Shown in pieces: positions 1 through 10,411 of a stretch of DNA of 64,000 bases (positions within the stretch are counted from its first letter, which is position 1; every line of letters starts with the position of its first letter). Origin of the DNA: an uncultured bacterium (GTDB taxonomy: Bacteria; Patescibacteriota; Minisyncoccia; UBA6257; 2-01-FULL-56-20); contig CAWJQC010000007.1 of NCBI GenBank assembly GCA_963844965.1, positions 1 to 64,000 of the forward strand, read 5' to 3'. A program made the translations under genes and the position numbers. The notes beneath the pieces are model-generated. The model searched no databases and was not told where the DNA came from. It saw only the letters and a list, made by a program, of their open reading frames with translations.

Positions 1-1160
1 TAAAGGATAGGTTTCTTTAGACAGTGATTCGACGGCTTTTTGCCGTTTTTTTTCGTTAAGCCGCAATCTTCTCGGCAAACACGGACGGCGGCATCTTGAG
101 GGCGGAGTGGATCCGCGTGTGGTTGTACTGCCACAAGGTGCTGTAGATCTCCGCCACGAGCTCGCCGAAGTTCCCGAACCGGTTGGGATCACCGAGGTCA
201 ATCTTGAACTTGTCATAGAACGATTCCTGGTAGCCGTTTTCCCATGGGGTACCGGGCCGCGACCGCGAGATCTGATGCCACAGTCCCCCAGTGTATCGGT
301 GAACGCTCGTGCCTTGTACTCGCTGCCGTTGTCCGAATGGAAGATGACCGGATGCGGATGGTGGAAAAGCGCGTTGGCCAGGGTCTGTATCGTGAGGGGC
401 GATCCTTTCCGCAACGCCACATGGACGCCCATCAATCGTCTCGTGAAAAGATCGAGTATCGTGGACACGTACACTTTCTTGCCGCGATACAGGAACTCCG
501 TGAAATCGGTTGCCCAGACGTGGTTCGCGTACGAGGGCATGATGGCAAGTAAGAGGTTCGGAAAGGCCCGCGATGCCTTTGATTTCCGGTATTTCCTGCC
601 TCGCCTCCGGTACGGCCTTATGCCGAAGATTCGCATGACGCGCTGCGCTCGCGGACGGCTCACGCCCAGAGCTTGTCCCAAGCGCCGGGAACCGTATGCC
701 GGATGGCGCTGCAATTCTTCTTCCATGCGGATCTTGAGCGCCCAATCTTTCTTGTTCTGCCGTGATACGTAGTAGAGCGATGCCCGCGAGACGCCCATGG
801 CCCGCGCCATGGCGGACTTGTTCCGCTTTTCCGTCAATTCTTTTTTGGGCCTGGGAGAGCTTCACGGTGAGCTCGCCCACCACTTCAAACAGCTCCCTGT
901 TCTGCTTCTGGAGACGGCTGAACTCGCCCCAGGAAGGGACGCCCGATGCTCCTGCGCCTAGCCAATTGTAGATGGTGGACTCGTGCAAACCGTGGTCCTT
1001 CGCAGCCTGCGCTACGGGGACTCCTTCTTCCTTCACCCGGCGGAGGATGTCCGCCTTCACTTCCTTCGCAATCCGATGCCCTTTTTTGTTGCTCATGACA
1101 CAATGGTAGTTTGTTTCGACCTTTGTGTCTAAATTATCCTATCCGGGTCAATCTCCGGCA
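1..1160 (-). mobile_element. IS3-family insertion sequence, copy 1 (one end lies at the window edge; degenerate)
   Basis: About 99% identical to the 1155-bp elements at 41399-42553 and 45773-46927. Shares the termini TGTAAAGGATAGG... / ...ATCCTATCCGGGTCA. Ends at 1160. Confidence 0.8.
56..1096 (-). pseudogene. IS3 transposase OrfA-OrfB, fused and internally out of frame (degenerate)
   Basis: Compared with copies 2 and 3 it has T6 instead of T7 at the slippery A7G site (about 841-846) and a second 1-nt deletion near 280. The resulting 346-aa ORF reads the HSDNGSEY/DDE core in the wrong frame and rejoins the OrfB frame only for the last ~75 aa. Confidence 0.6.
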
Positions 1161-1277
1161 TTTTGTTCTTCGGCGTGCCGCTTGAGGAACTCATGTTCGC
1201 CTTCGGTCTTGGTTTCCTTTGGTCGAGCGTGTACGAACATGTCGCATGGCGTAAACTAATAACAAGATAAAAATATC

Positions 1278-3797
1278 ATGGATCACAATCATCACAACAA
1301 TTCAAAAACCGGCGCAAAGTTTTACCAATGTCCCGAATGCGGGTTGCACTATAAAGATGAAAGAATTGCGAAACAATGCGAAACATGGTGCAGGGAACAT
1401 AAGAGCTGCAACCTCGAGATTACGGGCCATGCGGTCGAAAATCAAAAGGATGCAGCGACTCCGAATTGTTCCTGCGGCGAGGAATGTTTGTGCTGCAATG
1501 CAGAAACCCTTGCCGCTACCTGCGGATGCGAAATGGAAGCGAAGCAGTTTGAATACCATATGAGCGAATCATGCTGCCACGGCGATCATGAAGAAAAGAA
1601 AAAAGAAGATAAAAAAATGGCTATGTCTGAAGCAACAAACGAAACTATCTACACCTGTCCGATGCATCCCGAAGTCCGGCAAAACGGGCCGGGCAAATGT
1701 CCCGGCTGCGGTATGGACTTGATTCCTGAAAAGAAAAAAGCGGCGAGGCATGATATGGAATCCATGAGCCATGACATACAGAAGATGAGCCATATGGATC
1801 ACGAGGCAGCGATGACGAGTCCTCAGATGGCGAAACAGATGGAGAAAGACATGCGACGCAGGTTTTGGATCTCGTTCCTACTTTCGATCCCAATCTTCCT
1901 TTACTCGCCAGTAGGCACAGCAGTATTCAAAGTCGCTCTACCAAGCCCTATCCCAATCAACTGGCTTTTATTGATCCTTACGACGCCAATCGTTTTCTGG
2001 ACAGGTTCGATTTTCATAACCGGAACATATTACTCGCTCAAAGCGAAGAAATTAAACATGGCCGTCCTGATTGCGACAGGTGTTTTGGCAGCATATCTCT
2101 TCAGTGTCCTTCTCACGGTTATCGGGAGCACCGACACATTCTATGAAGCGGCGGCGCTCCTCGTAACCTTTGTCCTCTTCGGCCATTGGATGGAAATGAA
2201 ATCACGCCGAGGCACCTCGGAATCTCTGCGGGCGCTATTCGACCTCGTGCCGCCTAAGGCGACCGTTATCCGCGACGGCAAGGAACTTGTTATTCCCAGC
2301 GCTGAGATCGTGCATGACGACATCGTGATGCTCCGTCCCGGTGACAAAGTGCCCGTTGACGGCGTGGTCACGGAAGGCGAAAGCGCAATAGACGAGTCGC
2401 TCGTTACCGGCGAATCCATACCGGTTACGAAAAAAATTGGCGACAAGGTTACGGGCGGATCGGTGAACCAGACCGGAACCCTGAAATTCAAGGCGACGCA
2501 GGTAGGATCAGAAACCGTGCTCGCGCAGATTATTAAACTTGTTGAGACCGCCCAGAATTCTAAAGCGCCGGGCCAGCGGCTCGCAGACCGTGCCGCCGGA
2601 TGGCTCGTCATTCTTGCGGTCGGTTCAGGCATCGCCACGTTCCTCGGCTGGTACTTCGGGGTACGTGCAGGATTTCTTACCGCGCTCACTTTTGCAATCT
2701 CCGCCGTCGTGATCGCATGTCCGGATGCTTTGGGACTCGCAACCCCGACCGCCGTTGCCGTCGGCACCGGCATTGGCGCAAAACACAATATTCTCATCAA
2801 GGATGCGGCGACACTTGAAAATACCTCGAAGCTCAACGCAATCGTGCTCGACAAGACGGGGACGCTGACCGAAGGAAAGCCGAAAGTAACCGACATTGTT
2901 GCCTTAAACGGCTTCGGAGAAGCAGATGTTCTGCGATACGAAGCAAGTGTCGAAAATAGCTCTAACCACCCCATCGCCAAAGCGATCGTCGATGAAGCAA
3001 AACGGCGCAGTATTCCCACCGTAGAAGTTTCCCAATTCGAATCGGTTTCAGGACACGGTCTCAAGGCGACTGTTCTCGGCAAGCGCGTGCTCGCCGGAAA
3101 CGAGCGGCTGATGGCAGCGAACGGGGTGACTGTGGAATCAGCCCGTACAACGCTTGAGAAGCTTGCGCGAGAAGGTAAGACCTTGAGTCTTCTCGCCATC
3201 GACGGGAAAATAGTCGGTATCATCGCTGTCGCCGATACCGTGCGGCCGAACGCGAAAGAGGCGATCCGCAAACTTCAAGAGATGGGCATTGAAGTCGCGA
3301 TGATCACGGGCGACCACAAAATTGTCGCCGAAGCGGTCGGCAAGGAACTTGGCATCAATCGCGTTTTCGCGGAAGTTCTGCCGGAGGAGAAGGCCAGTTA
3401 TGTGAAAAAACTTCAGGAAGAAGGAAAATTCGTCGCGATGGTAGGCGACGGCGTGAATGATGCACCTGCTTTGGCGCAATCTGACATCGGCATCGCAATC
3501 GGGGCAGGTACCGATGTTGCGATTGAGACGGGCAATATCGTCCTTATGAAATCCGACCCGTCCGACATCGTGGCCGCCATTCGTTTGAGTAAGGCCACGG
3601 TTGTGAAAATGAAACAGAACCTCTTTTGGGCTGCGATCTATAATGTGTCTGCAATCCCCGTCGCGGCAGGCGTCTTCGCCGGATGGGGCGTTACGCTCCG
3701 GCCGGAAATCTCGGCTCTTCTCATGTCCGCGTCGTCGATTATCGTTGCTACGAATGCGGTGTTGTTGAAACGAGTGGAAAAGAAATTAACCGCATAA
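1278..3797 (+). CDS. copA: P1B-type heavy-metal (copper-like) translocating ATPase with a Cys/His-rich N-terminus
   Basis: Carries the DKTGTLT phosphorylation motif, the GDGVNDAPAL hinge, a TGES-like actuator and 8 predicted TM segments. The N-terminus has CxxC-rich segments and a CPMHPEV...CPGCGMDL metal-binding motif. The membrane motif is IACPD (CPx-type). Confidence 0.88.
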   Translation: MDHNHHNNSKTGAKFYQCPECGLHYKDERIAKQCETWCREHKSCNLEITGHAVENQKDAATPNCSCGEECLCCNAETLAATCGCEMEAKQFEYHMSESCCHGDHEEKKKEDKKMAMSEATNETIYTCPMHPEVRQNGPGKCPGCGMDLIPEKKKAARHDMESMSHDIQKMSHMDHEAAMTSPQMAKQMEKDMRRRFWISFLLSIPIFLYSPVGTAVFKVALPSPIPINWLLLILTTPIVFWTGSIFITGTYYSLKAKKLNMAVLIATGVLAAYLFSVLLTVIGSTDTFYEAAALLVTFVLFGHWMEMKSRRGTSESLRALFDLVPPKATVIRDGKELVIPSAEIVHDDIVMLRPGDKVPVDGVVTEGESAIDESLVTGESIPVTKKIGDKVTGGSVNQTGTLKFKATQVGSETVLAQIIKLVETAQNSKAPGQRLADRAAGWLVILAVGSGIATFLGWYFGVRAGFLTALTFAISAVVIACPDALGLATPTAVAVGTGIGAKHNILIKDAATLENTSKLNAIVLDKTGTLTEGKPKVTDIVALNGFGEADVLRYEASVENSSNHPIAKAIVDEAKRRSIPTVEVSQFESVSGHGLKATVLGKRVLAGNERLMAANGVTVESARTTLEKLAREGKTLSLLAIDGKIVGIIAVADTVRPNAKEAIRKLQEMGIEVAMITGDHKIVAEAVGKELGINRVFAEVLPEEKASYVKKLQEEGKFVAMVGDGVNDAPALAQSDIGIAIGAGTDVAIETGNIVLMKSDPSDIVAAIRLSKATVVKMKQNLFWAAIYNVSAIPVAAGVFAGWGVTLRPEISALLMSASSIIVATNAVLLKRVEKKLTA

Positions 3798-4146
3798 CTA
3801 TAAAGGTCGGAAGCAATCCAAAAAACAACTATGCTTTCACTTAAACGATACGGATGGCTCTGCGTGCTGGGCATCGAGGTGTTCTATATAATTTGCATGA
3901 TCTACCGCACATTTCTCAACGGACCGATTGCTGATTTGCACGCATCGCTCTTCGAGCTTTTGCCTGGGTTCTCATGGACAGCGGGTGGGATCATCGTCGG
4001 CGCAATTGACTTCTTCGTCTTCGCGTGGATATTCGCGGCGTATATGGTTTGGATGCACAACACGAGCCTGAAGAAGTAGCACGGATTCGTCGCACGTATG
4101 AGTCAGCGATTATAAAATGCCCTCTATCGGGGCATTTTATGTTTCC

Positions 4147-4607
4147 TCACAATTTCTTTTCTTTGAACCATTGCCGGAAGGTCAAATCTTCCCACGCATG
4201 GCCGAACCAAAGAGCGAGAAAGACCAGAACATAGATGATTGCCGCACCGATGTCGGTCGATCCTGCGGTGTAGGGACCGCCAAATCCTTCGGCGGTAGAC
4301 CAGATTACAGACTCATCGCGATGCCGCCCCATGTTGTGATGCGTGAGAAAATTCCGAAGATGAGAGCAAGAGCGACAGCCGTTTCCGCAATCGCGACGAT
4401 AAGGGCAAAGAAGTGCGGATTTACCCCTACGACGTGGATCCAGAGATTGATCCAACTCCTTACAAGCGATGATTGGTTCTCGAGGTTCCCCGAAAGATAG
4501 TTCGTGAAATTAGAGAAGAAATCCGGTTGCCATTTGAAGTAGGCATCAATGCCCCAAATAGCGCCGAAGGCAATCCGTAGCCATGCGAATTTTCGTTGGT
4601 CGCTCAT
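4147..4607 (-). CDS. DoxX-like small membrane protein, apparently split by a 1-nt frameshift near 4305
   Basis: ORFs 4305-4607 and 4147-4455 together read as one ~150-aa hydrophobic protein (WGIDAYFKW ... VIWSTAEGFGG...). The junction is not in a homopolymer. Confidence 0.4.
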
Positions 4608-4621
4608 AACTCAATCCTACC

Positions 4622-5227
4622 TTACTTCATAGATTGCGACATTTCCGACTCCGATGGGATTATCGCGCATACGTCGCGATTTTGTATTCCGATGCTTACT
4701 TTCCGAATCGAAAAGAGGAGCAGGATAATTCCTGCAATGCCGAACTCCGCTCCATGGAGCGGAAGCAACGCAATCGCGCCGGATGCCCCAAAAAAAGACA
4801 GAATTGCAGCGCCGAAATATGATACCGCACGCCGTGCATCCGATACCGAAGATGCCGCTCGCAATGCCACTAAACTCCCCACGACGCCGCTCTTTGGCGC
4901 AGTAGAACGAATTGTTTTCCATTGGTAGGCGAGCATGGCAGCGTCGACGCCGAAAAGCAGCGAAAGGATTGCGATGGCCGCCACGGAGAGCGGCATGACG
5001 CTCGTCCCGACTCCCTCAAACAGCGCCCACAGCAACTGGGCTTTTGCGGAAATTGGGATTGCGGGATTCCCGATGAAGCTTGTGATAAGGCGGAAATTCG
5101 GGAGATACGTGGCGAACGCAAAGAGCATGGTGGCACAAACGGCGGCAAGAAAAACGTACCGCCAATTTGCGAAAACCTCTTGTAACGCAGTTGTGATGCT
5201 ATTTTTTCGCGGCATAGGAAACGACAA
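4622..5227 (-). CDS. hypothetical polytopic membrane protein
   Basis: 201-aa ORF with several hydrophobic helices and no recognisable motif. Confidence 0.45.
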   Translation of the reverse strand: MSFPMPRKNSITTALQEVFANWRYVFLAAVCATMLFAFATYLPNFRLITSFIGNPAIPISAKAQLLWALFEGVGTSVMPLSVAAIAILSLLFGVDAAMLAYQWKTIRSTAPKSGVVGSLVALRAASSVSDARRAVSYFGAAILSFFGASGAIALLPLHGAEFGIAGIILLLFSIRKVSIGIQNRDVCAIIPSESEMSQSMK

Positions 5228-5733
5228 TCTGGTCGTTGTCGTGCATGACAGTGTTCTGGTAGGTGTCCACCTTCGAGCCGCTAACTGTTACGTCAATGGT
5301 ATGGCTTGCGTCAGCCACGCTGTCCAAGATCTGGCTCTGGCTGAACGTCTTGCCCCACACCGCGAAGAAATCGCCGAGCGTGAAGTCGCGTGGTTCGGGC
5401 GACTCGATGTGAATCTTCCCACTTGCGTCATGGGTATGGATCGGATGCATACAGGTCAAACTCATGCCGATACCCGAAGGAATCGGCTGCTCCGCGCCGT
5501 TAATGACGATACTGCAAGTTCGGATGGATGTGGAACTGGGTGAGCGGATCGGTCGTGCAGCTCAGGGCCAGCTCGCGGGTGGTTTGCGTGGAAGCGGAAT
5601 GGTTGCCCCATAGTATCAGTCCCGCAAAGATCACGACGATGCCTCCCGCAATCCACCACCCCGAATGTGATTTTTTGTTATAAGGTTTGCTCCTCATGGT
5701 TGTTATGATCCGCAGATATCCGATGCATCCCAA
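5199..5733 (-). CDS. membrane-anchored His-rich protein (HIHP...HTHD motifs), apparently frameshifted
   Basis: ORF 5500-5733 (N-terminal TM, HIHPNLQ) and ORF 5199-5465 are contiguous in adjacent frames. The reading frame is open upstream of M5465 (..IVINGAEQPIPSGIGMSLTCMHPIHTHD..). Confidence 0.35.
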
Positions 5734-6413
5734 TACCCCGCAACCTGCTGGGAGTTGAACGTACCGTCAACGATCATCCTCTTGGCGATGCCCTCGTTCA
5801 CAAAGTAATGCCAGCACTTGCAGCAGCATGGCTTTTCCTTTGATATCGCATAAGCGTCATCAAAGATTTTTTGTTGGGCAGGAGTGAGGGTCGTCGCCTT
5901 ATCGTAGTCAATCCAGTATTTAGCCATGGCGACCGGCGTATGCATCGGGTCAAGCGGGATGTTCAGCATACTCTTATATGCTTGGAGTTTTACGAGGTTC
6001 GCGTGGTAATCAGCCGTGTCTTTCATGGCGCTGCAGCACTGGCCGCCGAGATAAAGCCCAGTCGTACTCGCAAGTAATCCGCCCGCCCCGCCGCAGCTTC
6101 CTGAATACGAGGGGACATTGGAAAGAAGGTTATCGACGTTCGCGCCGCAGGTGATGATCTGGCTGTCGAGATCGACAAGTTCGGGATCAACCGGCTTGGT
6201 CATGCCCGCGCTTTGCGTCATAAAGTTATTCTTCCCGGCTTCGGTCGGAATTTTCGCGTAGATCGCCGCGTCTGCTTCGAGCAGAGCCCTCTTCGAGCCA
6301 TGCAGCGAAAAGTATGCAATCGCACCTGCGATTACTACCGATCCGACAAGGATCACAAGCGGGAGCGCTCTTTTATTTTTCAGCTGTGATTTTGACCTCA
6401 TAGTCGTGGTCAT
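5703..6413 (-). CDS. Cys-rich secreted/membrane-anchored protein (GGQCCSAM, KPCCCKCWHY motifs)
   Basis: N-terminal TM anchor and unusual CC/CCC clusters. Its stop overlaps the start of the DsbA-like gene at 6413. Confidence 0.5.
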   Translation of the reverse strand: MTTTMRSKSQLKNKRALPLVILVGSVVIAGAIAYFSLHGSKRALLEADAAIYAKIPTEAGKNNFMTQSAGMTKPVDPELVDLDSQIITCGANVDNLLSNVPSYSGSCGGAGGLLASTTGLYLGGQCCSAMKDTADYHANLVKLQAYKSMLNIPLDPMHTPVAMAKYWIDYDKATTLTPAQQKIFDDAYAISKEKPCCCKCWHYFVNEGIAKRMIVDGTFNSQQVAGYWDASDICGS

Positions 6414-7189
6414 TATTTCCCCGTCAACGCCGCATCAATGACCACTTTGAACGCCGAGTAGGGCTGTGCACCCAGCACCTGCTGCCCGTTGATGAACACG
6501 GTCGGAGTTGAGTTCACGCCCGCTGCGCTCGCATCATTCTTCTGTTGTGCTACCAAGCTGGCATATTTATTGCCGTCGATACAGCCCGTGAACTGCGTCA
6601 TGTCGAGGCCGATTTGATTTGCGAGCTTCAAGAACAAGGTGCGGTTGAAGTACCCGTCATCTTCACCGCCGCCCTTTGCATCGTCGGCAACTTTTCCGGC
6701 GTACAAGGCATCGCTGTACGCCCAGCGTTTGTTTTGCTCTTGGGCACACTCGGCAGCTTGCGCCGCTGCCGTCGATTCAGGACCGAGAAAGGCGAAGTTC
6801 CTGAATACCATTTTTACCTTTCCCGTATTCACATAGTCAGTAATGATCTGCGGCTCTGTTTGCGAAAAGAAACGGCCACAGAATGGGCACTGGTAGTCGC
6901 CGTATTCGATGAGAGTTACGGGGGCGTTCTGATTTCCGAGAATGGCATCTCTCGCACCGAGTTGCATAACTTGCGAAGCGGAAACGGATGGTTGTGGAGC
7001 GGCGGTAGGCGAAGTAGTCCCGCCTGTCGTTCCGGCGGAAGTCGGCGCGCCCTTATAGGTTGCGGCAAAAACTACCGCTCCGCCGATTACGATTGCGGCG
7101 ATGAGGATTGAGATGGGAAGAAATTTATCTTTTTGTTTCACCTGCGCTGCGGCTTCCGGTTGATGGAGATGTTCTTGGTGGTGTTCCAT
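6413..7189 (-). CDS. DsbA-family thiol:disulfide oxidoreductase (thioredoxin fold)
   Basis: N-terminal TM, a Thr/Gly/Pro-rich linker, and the CPFC active-site motif in YQCPFCGRFF. Confidence 0.8.
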   Translation of the reverse strand: MEHHQEHLHQPEAAAQVKQKDKFLPISILIAAIVIGGAVVFAATYKGAPTSAGTTGGTTSPTAAPQPSVSASQVMQLGARDAILGNQNAPVTLIEYGDYQCPFCGRFFSQTEPQIITDYVNTGKVKMVFRNFAFLGPESTAAAQAAECAQEQNKRWAYSDALYAGKVADDAKGGGEDDGYFNRTLFLKLANQIGLDMTQFTGCIDGNKYASLVAQQKNDASAAGVNSTPTVFINGQQVLGAQPYSAFKVVIDAALTGK

Positions 7190-7272
7190 GATGTAAGTGA
7201 TACTTGATTTATATAACTAAAACAACAGCGCCGACCCGCGCCGCCTCGACAAGGCCATCGCAAATCAGCGAT

Positions 7273-7650
7273 TCAAAAAATCGGAGAAAGGCTGTAGATT
7301 TTCGGATGCATGATACCCCGACGCATGATTTCCAAGATAGGATTCCAGATTTGCGAGAGTGATTGAGTTCTGCCGCCTGAACCGTGAAATGGGTTTAACT
7401 TGGAGATACCTTTTTGAAAACTGGCGTACCAAACCGCGAATGCCGCGAGCAACGCAACGACCGAGAAAAGAAGCACTTTGCCCGCGGGGGTTTGAGGAAG
7501 AACGCTCAATAAGTTGGTGGAACCGCAACCATGTGTCGCTCCGCTATGCATCGGCATGGAGCCGGATGGCATAAAGCCGCAGGATAAAGAAATCGAAGCT
7601 ATGGCCACGAGACTTATAAAAGCCAGGATTTGAGGTGAATAGGTTCTCAT
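7273..7650 (-). CDS. small membrane protein with a Met/His-rich motif (MPSGSMPMHSGATHGCG)
   Basis: Signal/TM segment followed by an M/H-rich motif that resembles periplasmic Cu-binding sequences. The copper-binding role is inferred from context only. Confidence 0.4.
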   Translation of the reverse strand: MRTYSPQILAFISLVAIASISLSCGFMPSGSMPMHSGATHGCGSTNLLSVLPQTPAGKVLLFSVVALLAAFAVWYASFQKGISKLNPFHGSGGRTQSLSQIWNPILEIMRRGIMHPKIYSLSPIF

Positions 7651-7814
7651 GATCGCAACATTGTCATTTTATCAGGAGGGCGCAATTTTGAAAACAGCGA
7701 TTTTATCTTAGGTTCGAATCCTTGCGCCCCGCGACTTTTCGTCGCCTAATCTGTGTTTCAAAAAGATAGCAAAACCCGAGGCCGGAAGGTCTCTCGAACC
7801 GCTGCACTAACGGG

Positions 7815-7903
7815 CGGAGGCGAGAGGATTCGAACCTCTGCGGGGTTTTTTAGACCCCCACGGTTTAGCAAACCGTTGCCTTAAGCCACTCGGCCACGCC
7901 TCC
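7815..7903 (-). tRNA. tRNA-Ser (anticodon GCT)
   Basis: Reverse complement reads GGAGGCGTGGCCGAGTGG...CGGTTTGCTAAACCG...GGTTCGAATCC...CGCCTCCG. Long variable arm and a 7-bp acceptor stem. Confidence 0.85.
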
Positions 7904-7972
7904 ACGATTTACAAAAATATCATAACCCCAGAGCTTGTTTAAATCAAATTTTTCTGGTAGCATTTACGAACG

Positions 7973-9481
7973 ATGGCAAAAATAGCGAACGAAAAGAGAT
8001 TGTCGCCGCGGCCGCCGATAGTGGTCGTTGTGGGGCACGTTGACCACGGGAAGACGACGCTTTTGGATTATATCCGGAAGAGTAGTTATAACGCCAAAGC
8101 CGCCTCGCCAGCGGCGGGCGAGCCTCGCTCGGTTGCCGAGCGGGAGGCCGGCGGAATCACGCAGGCGGTTGGAGCGTATGAAATTTCGCGCAACGGCAGG
8201 AGGATAACGTTCATAGACACGCCGGGACACGAGGCATTTTCCAAGATGCGTTCACGCGGTGCGGAGATCGCGGACTTGGCGATTTTGGTTATTGCTGCCG
8301 ATGAGGGAGTGAAGCCGCAAACAAAAGAAGCGATTGAGATCTTGAATTCGGCGAAGACGCCGTTTGTCGTCGCGATAAACAAAGTGGATAAAACCGGCGG
8401 AAATGTTGAGAAGGCGGCGAACGACCTTGCGGCCGCGGGCGTGTATCTTGAAGGCCGCGGCGGGCAGGTGAGCTTCCACGGGATTTCCGCGAAAACCGGC
8501 GAGGGAGTGAGCGAACTTCTGGATCTGGTACTCCTTGCCACCGATGTGGAAAATTTGACGTACGATCCGGCGGCGCCCACTTCCGGTTACGTGCTTGAGG
8601 TGCGCCACGATTCGCGCCGCGGTACGGAAGCCACAATGATCGTAAAAGACGGCGTTTTGAGAAAAGGGTCGGAAATTTATACCAAGAGCGCCAAGGGTAA
8701 GGCAAAGATTCTGGAAGATTTTTTGGGCAATGCTGTCACGGAACTTTCGCCGTCGGCGCCGGCCCTCGTGGTCGGTTTTGAAAATCCGCCGCAGGTGGGC
8801 GAGATTTTTTCCACGGATCCGTCCGCGGTCGCCGCTGTTCCGGAGCGTCAGGCGATTGCAGCGAAGAAGCTAGCCGTAGCGGACAAGGAGAAAGCGACGC
8901 TTAATTTGATACTCAAGGCGGCGGACGCCGGTTCGCTTGAGGCATTGTCAGCCGTTATCAAATCGCTTCCCAAGGGAGAGAAGACCATTGATGTTGTTTA
9001 CGAGTCGGTCGGCAACATTACGGACGGCGATGTTAAAAGCGCGATCGCGAACGGTGCCGCGATAATCGGTTTCAAAAATAAGGTTGATAAAGCGGCGAAA
9101 AATCTGGCGCAGGCGCAGGAAGTAAAGATCATAACTTCCGAAATTATTTACGACTCGGTGAAAGCCGTTGAGGAATTTTTGGCCACGCTCGGGAAACCGG
9201 CGGTTTTGGGAGAATTGGAGGTACTCGCGGTTTTTAATCAGGAAAAATTGGCAAAACAGCTTATCGGCGGCCGCGTCGCTTCCGGTGTTATACGGAATAA
9301 AGCGGCCTTTGAAGTCGCGGACACCGCGGGCGGCGGGAAAACGACGGCAATGGGCAGGATTTTGAGCATGCGCGAAAAGAAAAGCGAATTGACACAGGCC
9401 GAGCAGGGTGAGGAAGTGGGATTGTACGTTAATTACGGCTCGCCGATAAAAGTAGGCGACAGGTTGGTTGTGAGGAAATAA
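7973..9481 (+). CDS. infB: translation initiation factor IF-2 (short form)
   Basis: G-domain motifs GHVDHGKTTLLD and DTPGHEAF, plus NKVDK. Domain order matches IF-2. Confidence 0.9.
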   Translation: MAKIANEKRLSPRPPIVVVVGHVDHGKTTLLDYIRKSSYNAKAASPAAGEPRSVAEREAGGITQAVGAYEISRNGRRITFIDTPGHEAFSKMRSRGAEIADLAILVIAADEGVKPQTKEAIEILNSAKTPFVVAINKVDKTGGNVEKAANDLAAAGVYLEGRGGQVSFHGISAKTGEGVSELLDLVLLATDVENLTYDPAAPTSGYVLEVRHDSRRGTEATMIVKDGVLRKGSEIYTKSAKGKAKILEDFLGNAVTELSPSAPALVVGFENPPQVGEIFSTDPSAVAAVPERQAIAAKKLAVADKEKATLNLILKAADAGSLEALSAVIKSLPKGEKTIDVVYESVGNITDGDVKSAIANGAAIIGFKNKVDKAAKNLAQAQEVKIITSEIIYDSVKAVEEFLATLGKPAVLGELEVLAVFNQEKLAKQLIGGRVASGVIRNKAAFEVADTAGGGKTTAMGRILSMREKKSELTQAEQGEEVGLYVNYGSPIKVGDRLVVRK

Positions 9482-9509
9482 GGAAAGTCGCAAGACGCGC
9501 AAAAATAAA

Positions 9510-9839
9510 ATGAATTATCGTCCGCTCCGCGTTCAGAAGCTGATACGCGAGGAATTATCCAAAATCATCATCCGCGAACTGGAGTTCGGCGGCGCGCTTG
9601 CCACCATCACGGAAGTCACCGTTGATAAAAAATTGGAAACAGCGGAGGTCAGCGTAAGCGTCATGCCGGCCGGCGCCGCAGCAAAAGTTCTGAAAACGCT
9701 AACCGCGAACACCCCGCGCCTCCAGCATCTTTTAATGAAGAAGATCAATATCAAACCGATGCCCAGGATTCATTTTGAAATAGATTACGGCTTGGAGAAC
9801 GCCGCGATCGTGGAGAAAAGATTATTGGAAAGCGAGTAG
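9510..9839 (+). CDS. rbfA: ribosome-binding factor A
   Basis: 109 aa with RbfA-like sequence and its position directly downstream of infB. Confidence 0.8.
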   Translation: MNYRPLRVQKLIREELSKIIIRELEFGGALATITEVTVDKKLETAEVSVSVMPAGAAAKVLKTLTANTPRLQHLLMKKINIKPMPRIHFEIDYGLENAAIVEKRLLESE

Positions 9840-9938
9840 CCAGCTCCAACGCTATCGGCGTTTTCGCGTAGCGGCAAGAAAAAACCGCACCCCGGCGTGA
9901 GGTGCGGTTGCGGAATTGTTATCCTCGCGTTCACGGAT

Positions 9939-10250
9939 TCAGTTCCAGACGATAGTGACGTTGTGGTACCCCTGGGCGGCATTGCGGATAGTATCGCGGA
10001 TAATGCATTCTATCTTTCTCATGTCCTTTTCCAGGATCAACTTAGCTCTGCCACTTGATTTTTCTTCTCGCGGTCCGCAGATATTGACGACCCTCAGTGT
10101 TCCGCCTTTGGTTTTGGCCTGGCGAACCGCGGATTCAATTTCCTCTTTTATCTCATGGACCATTTCTTCCGGCACGTAATTCTGTCCGCAGGGGAACGTC
10201 CATGGCTTGAATTTTAGGTGCAATTCACACGAGCCGTTTTTTCCATCCAT
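9939..10250 (-). CDS. hypothetical protein
   Basis: 103-aa ORF with no recognisable motif. Confidence 0.3.
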   Translation of the reverse strand: MDGKNGSCELHLKFKPWTFPCGQNYVPEEMVHEIKEEIESAVRQAKTKGGTLRVVNICGPREEKSSGRAKLILEKDMRKIECIIRDTIRNAAQGYHNVTIVWN

Positions 10251-10411
10251 CGGCGCCTCCCGGAAAAATTGCCGCGTTTTGCGTTTGTTGGCTGGTTAGA
10301 ACATAACATGAATCGGATTTTTTATGCAATGAGACCTGCCTCTTGCTCCATATCTGGAAGCGGCGAGGATTGAAAAAGGATTATCAGTGAGTGATAATTA
10401 TATAAAGCAAA

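Noticed and set aside
2141-3271. 376-aa antisense ORF inside copA, and the long ORFs 11907-12437, 36515-37135, 41279-41824 and 44145-44708
   Set aside because: These are antisense or overlapping frames of well-supported genes, tRNAs or DGR repeats in GC-rich DNA. They have no motifs.
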